Assembly (NCBI GenBank): GCA_049426725.1 | Contig: JBMSYN010000003.1 | Location: forward strand, 42,066-106,065 | Reading direction: 5' to 3' | Source of the DNA: Candidatus Kapaibacteriota bacterium | GTDB lineage: Bacteria > Bacteroidota > Ignavibacteria > Kapaibacteriales > UBA961 | DNA length: 64,000 nucleotides | Part shown: one piece after another, positions 60,069 through 64,000 of the stretch | Layout of the letters: every line of letters starts with the position of its first letter | Numbering within the stretch: the stretch's first letter is position 1 | The notes under the pieces: generated by a model | The model's database searches: none | Told to the model about the DNA's origin: nothing | Seen by the model: only the letters and a program-made list of their open reading frames with translations | Made by a program: the position numbers and the translations under genes

Positions 60069-63000
60069 ATGTTGACTCCCAATAGTGCATATATTGATGA
60101 TCTGTATGCCGACTTTCTTCATGATCCCAATTCAGTGGGAGAGGAATGGCGAGCATATTTCCAAGCAAGAAAGGATGCAACCATTTCCTCGATGCAAGAA
60201 CAACCATTTCAATCGCATGATGACATGATTGAAGTTGTACAGGAGACTCCACCTTCAAAACCCCAGCCGAAAGTTGAGCAACAACAAAGCCAAGTTAAAC
60301 AAGACACAACCATTCCACTTGCTTCATCAGACATACCCGAAAAATTATCTAGTATTGGAATGCGCATTGCTTCCAATATGTCGCAATCACTCAATGTTCC
60401 AACAGCTACTTCTTTCAGAGTTATTCCTGTAAAAGCTTTGGAAGAAAATCGCAGATTGATCAATCGACATCTCGATCGAAACAAAAAGAAAAAAGTTTCA
60501 TATACACATATCCTTGCATGGGCACTTGTAAAGGCATTGGTAAAATATCCTCACATGAATGATGCCTTTTCAGTGATAGATGGAATACCGCATAGAATAA
60601 AAAGATCATCAGTAAATATTGGTCTGGCTGTAGATGTAACGCGTAAAGATGGAATGCGTATGCTTGTTGTACCAAGCATAAAAAATGCGCAAGCCCTGAC
60701 ATTTTCAGATTTCTGTGCTGAATATGATGGTTTGATTGCAAAAGCAAGAACAAACAAACTCACTGTTGATGAATTATCAGGTGCTTCCATTTCGCTGACC
60801 AATCCCGGTACAATTGGCACTGTTTCATCTGTGCCACGTTTGATGGAAGGTCAAGGGCTAATCATAGCAACCGGTTCAATAGAATATCCTGCTGAATTTC
60901 AAGCAGTGATGCCCGATGTATTATCAACATTGGCAATCAGCAAAGTTCTCACAATCACAAGCACCTATGATCATCGCATCATTCAGGGCGCTGAATCCGG
61001 AGAATTCCTTGCTTATGTGCATAAGTTGGTTTTGGGTGAAGAACATTTCTATGATCAGATTTTTGCAAATCTTCATATACCATTTGAGCCTGTTCGTTGG
61101 CAGAAGGATAATCGTATTAATCCTTTCATGCCACAGGATGAATTGGAGTCATTGGACAAAGAAGCTCGTGTTGCCCAACTCATAAATGCATATAGAGTTC
61201 GCGGACATTTTCTCGCGGATGTCAATCCACTCGGACTCCAAGCTTATTATTATCCAGAATTAGATCCGGCAGCCTATGGTTTTACCATTTGGGATTTGGA
61301 TAGGGAATTTGACACCGGTGGTCTTGGTGGCATAAACCGTGCATCACTCCGTGATATCATTGATATGCTTCATGATACCTATTGCGGAAAATTGGGGATT
61401 GAATACATGCATGTTCAGGATCCCGTGAAAGAGCGCTTCATTCAAAAGTGGGTTGAACCAACACGGTTTTCATATTCATTTTCCAAAGAACAAAGACTTC
61501 ATATATTCAAGCATCTCACCAAAGCAGAACAATTCGAGCAATATCTTCACACAAAATATTTAGGGTCGAAAAGATTTTCTCTTGAAGGTGGAGAAACAAC
61601 GATCACTTTTCTTGAGAAGACTCTTGAATTATCATCAAGAGAATCATTGCATGGTGTGGTGATTGGGATGGCTCATAGAGGTCGCTTGAATGTACTGGCG
61701 AATATTTTAAACAAACCTTATGATAAAATCTTTGATGAATTTGAAGGCAATTATGATCCAAATTCTTTTGAAGGTTCAGGTGATGTAAAATATCATCTAG
61801 GTGCAACAGGAGTCTTTACATCCAGAACAGGAGAAACGGTCAATGTCATGCTCGCACCAAATCCAAGTCATTTGGAAGCAGTGAATCCTGTTGTTGAAGG
61901 CATGGCAAGAGCATTGGATGATATGATTGATGATAAAGATTGTGATTCTCACTTGCCAATTCTTGTTCATGGAGATGCCGCCTTTGCCGGACAAGGCGTA
62001 GTGCCCGAAACATTGAACTTGTCTCGTCTATCCGGATATAAAACCGGTGGTACAATTCATGTCATCATCAATAATCAAATTGGTTTCACAACATCTCCTG
62101 ATGATGGCAGATCTACGCCTTATGCGAGTGATATCGCAAAGATGTTACAAGTGCCTATCATTCATGTGAATGGTGATGATCCTGAAGCTGTTCGTATTGC
62201 GGCGATGTTTGCTTTTGAGTATAGACAGAAATTCAATGATGATGTCATTGTTGATTTATTCTGCTACAGAAAATACGGGCATAATGAAACAGATGAGCCA
62301 AGTTATACTCAGCCACTTCTGTATAAAAAAATCAAGGTACAAGTACCTGTCCGTCAGCAATATGCACATACGTTGAAAGCAAGTGGTGTGTTTACTGAAG
62401 AAGAATTGAATGGCATCATGAGTGAAGTGAAAGAAGAATTGAACTCTGCATTTTCTGCACGAAATTCTTCTTCATCAAGAGTACATAATCCATATTCCGG
62501 AGCAAATGTATTTTCTCATGTTGAAACGAAAGTTGATCCTTCGATTCTGAAATCAATCGTTGAGAAAATATCTCATGTTCCTGCTGGATTTACTGCAAAT
62601 CCTAAAGTCGTGGATCTTCTCAATAAGCGTTCTCACATGCTTGATTCTGATCAACCAGCAATTGATTGGGCTATGGGTGAGGCATTGGCTTTTGGTTCTT
62701 TGCTACTCGAAGGACATGACATTCGCATGAGCGGTCAAGATTGCGGTCGTGGCACTTTTAGTCATAGGCATGCAATACTGCGTGATTTCCAGACTGAAGA
62801 AGAATTGATTTTGTTGAATAAACTTTCTGATAATCAAGGACAACTCAGAATATACAATAGTCCATTGTCTGAAGAAGCTGTGCTTGGTTTTGAATTCGGT
62901 TATTCCACTATTCTTGTCAATGGATTGACGCTTTGGGAAGCGCAGTTTGGAGATTTTGTGAATGGTGCACAAGTTGTGATAGATCAGTTCATCAGTAGTT

Positions 63001-63686
63001 CTGAAGCAAAATGGGCTCAACATTCGAATCTTACATTATTGCTTCCGCATGGCTATGAAGGACAAGGACCGGAGCATTCCAGCGCTCGTCTTGAACGATT
63101 CCTTCAGCTCTGTGCTGAGAACAATATGTTTGTTTGTAATTTCACGACACCCGCTCAATATTTTCACGCATTGCGTCGCCAAGTGAAAGCACCATACAGA
63201 AAACCAATGATTGTGATGTCTCCAAAAGAGATACTTCGCAAACCAATTTCTGTATTGAGTGATTTATTGGTTCCTTCATTCCAAGAAATCATCAATGATG
63301 ATGCAATCATCAATCCATCTTCAGTTGAACGCGTTTTGCTTTGTTCGGGTAAAGTTTATTATGACTTGATTGCCGAAAGAGCTAAACTCAATGCCCAGCA
63401 ATCTGTTGCAATCATCAGAGTTGAGCAATTATATCCTTTCAGGGATGATTATGCAAGTGCGATGTTGGCGCAATATTCGAATGCAAAGTTTGTGAAATGG
63501 GTTCAAGAAGAACCAAAGAATCAAGGTTCTTGGTATTTCATTGCACCTCGTTTGGCGGAGATTCTTTCTGCCGGACAACAGTTGTCATATGCAGGTAGAC
63601 CCGAAGCTGCAAGCCCGGCTACCGGATTTGGTAAAAAGCATGAAGTTGAAAAGCAGGCATTTCTTGCAACTGCATTTCATCAGTAA
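60069..63686 (+). CDS. 2-oxoglutarate dehydrogenase E1 fused to an N-terminal E2 acyltransferase catalytic domain (OdhA/Kgd-type)
   Basis: Residues ~90-330 carry the 2-oxoacid dehydrogenase acyltransferase catalytic motif TSTYDHRIIQGAESGEF. The rest is E1o (RGHFLADVNPLG, TPP-binding and transketolase-like domains). 1205 aa. No lipoyl domain seen. Confidence 0.85.
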   Translation: MLTPNSAYIDDLYADFLHDPNSVGEEWRAYFQARKDATISSMQEQPFQSHDDMIEVVQETPPSKPQPKVEQQQSQVKQDTTIPLASSDIPEKLSSIGMRIASNMSQSLNVPTATSFRVIPVKALEENRRLINRHLDRNKKKKVSYTHILAWALVKALVKYPHMNDAFSVIDGIPHRIKRSSVNIGLAVDVTRKDGMRMLVVPSIKNAQALTFSDFCAEYDGLIAKARTNKLTVDELSGASISLTNPGTIGTVSSVPRLMEGQGLIIATGSIEYPAEFQAVMPDVLSTLAISKVLTITSTYDHRIIQGAESGEFLAYVHKLVLGEEHFYDQIFANLHIPFEPVRWQKDNRINPFMPQDELESLDKEARVAQLINAYRVRGHFLADVNPLGLQAYYYPELDPAAYGFTIWDLDREFDTGGLGGINRASLRDIIDMLHDTYCGKLGIEYMHVQDPVKERFIQKWVEPTRFSYSFSKEQRLHIFKHLTKAEQFEQYLHTKYLGSKRFSLEGGETTITFLEKTLELSSRESLHGVVIGMAHRGRLNVLANILNKPYDKIFDEFEGNYDPNSFEGSGDVKYHLGATGVFTSRTGETVNVMLAPNPSHLEAVNPVVEGMARALDDMIDDKDCDSHLPILVHGDAAFAGQGVVPETLNLSRLSGYKTGGTIHVIINNQIGFTTSPDDGRSTPYASDIAKMLQVPIIHVNGDDPEAVRIAAMFAFEYRQKFNDDVIVDLFCYRKYGHNETDEPSYTQPLLYKKIKVQVPVRQQYAHTLKASGVFTEEELNGIMSEVKEELNSAFSARNSSSSRVHNPYSGANVFSHVETKVDPSILKSIVEKISHVPAGFTANPKVVDLLNKRSHMLDSDQPAIDWAMGEALAFGSLLLEGHDIRMSGQDCGRGTFSHRHAILRDFQTEEELILLNKLSDNQGQLRIYNSPLSEEAVLGFEFGYSTILVNGLTLWEAQFGDFVNGAQVVIDQFISSSEAKWAQHSNLTLLLPHGYEGQGPEHSSARLERFLQLCAENNMFVCNFTTPAQYFHALRRQVKAPYRKPMIVMSPKEILRKPISVLSDLLVPSFQEIINDDAIINPSSVERVLLCSGKVYYDLIAERAKLNAQQSVAIIRVEQLYPFRDDYASAMLAQYSNAKFVKWVQEEPKNQGSWYFIAPRLAEILSAGQQLSYAGRPEAASPATGFGKKHEVEKQAFLATAFHQ

Positions 63687-63688
63687 GA

Positions 63689-64000
63689 TTATCTAAAAAC
63701 TGGCAAGTTTCGCTTTATTAATTGAAGGTCTCGCAATTGCGAGGCCTTCGCTGCAAAACGGATGATGAATCCCTGATTGAACCCGGTAGGATACCAATTC
63801 GCAGACAATTCCCAACAATCCAAATCTTTGATGATGGAGATGCTGGGAGCTACAATCATCGCATTGATAAAATCATAACTAAAAGATGAGCGCACATTCA
63901 ATGTTGAAGTGAGGCGAATGTCAAAATCTGCTCGAGCATCAAATCTTCTGCTAATCATTCCTTTTACCGGTTCCCCATAGAAGTATGTTACACTAGTTGA
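63689..64000 (-). CDS. hypothetical protein, C-terminal fragment (gene continues past the window end)
   Basis: Open minus-strand frame running off the window. Beta-strand-rich terminal sequence ending in an aromatic residue suggests an outer-membrane protein. No family assignment possible. Confidence 0.3.
   Translation of the reverse strand, partial: STSVTYFYGEPVKGMISRRFDARADFDIRLTSTLNVRSSFSYDFINAMIVAPSISIIKDLDCWELSANWYPTGFNQGFIIRFAAKASQLRDLQLIKRNLPVFR

Noticed and set aside
59922-60122. 66-aa minus-strand ORF
   Set aside because: Overlaps tRNA-Leu and the start of the fused 2-oxoglutarate dehydrogenase gene.
1-64000. CRISPR arrays, toxin-antitoxin pairs and canonical phage-defence genes (nucleases, helicases, methyltransferase-restriction pairs)
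   Set aside because: No regularly spaced direct repeats and no such protein motifs were seen in any frame. Small unassigned ORFs all overlap stronger genes.

Overview
This 64 kb window looks like a chromosomal segment from a low-GC (about 38%) bacterium of the FCB group (Bacteroidota, Ignavibacteriota or Chlorobiota). The lineage call rests on a GWxTD-domain protein, a DUF4197 protein, a giant cargo protein with a C-terminal T9SS sorting domain, and a type-A RNase P RNA. Coding density is high and most genes are housekeeping. These include purC-purB, an ftsQ-ftsA-ftsZ block, ruvX, ruvC, dapF, suhB-like, rimO, fmt, rsmG, miaE, rnpB, nuoA-nuoB, hprK-hpf, an arginase, tRNA-Leu(UAA), and an OdhA/Kgd-type fused E2-E1 2-oxoglutarate dehydrogenase. 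The accessory content is: (i) a type-I-secretion-like tripartite exporter operon (ABC with an unusual ~265-aa N-terminal domain, HlyD-like adaptor, TolC-like channel, TetR regulator). (ii) A glycosylation cluster (FemAB/GNAT-like, GT-B glycosyltransferase, two GT-C-like polytopic membrane proteins). (iii) A 1672-aa LamG-domain T9SS cargo protein. (iv) An E1-alpha/purT/E1-beta operon fused to a bi-domain oxidoreductase. (v) An orphan acyl-CoA mutase large subunit. I see no CRISPR array, no transposase or integrase, and no canonical phage-defence genes. The most unusual candidates are the exporter operon and the purT-interrupted E1 operon. Both need database searches to confirm. All coordinates of gene starts are approximate (plus or minus a few codons) because the ORF track includes GTG/TTG starts.
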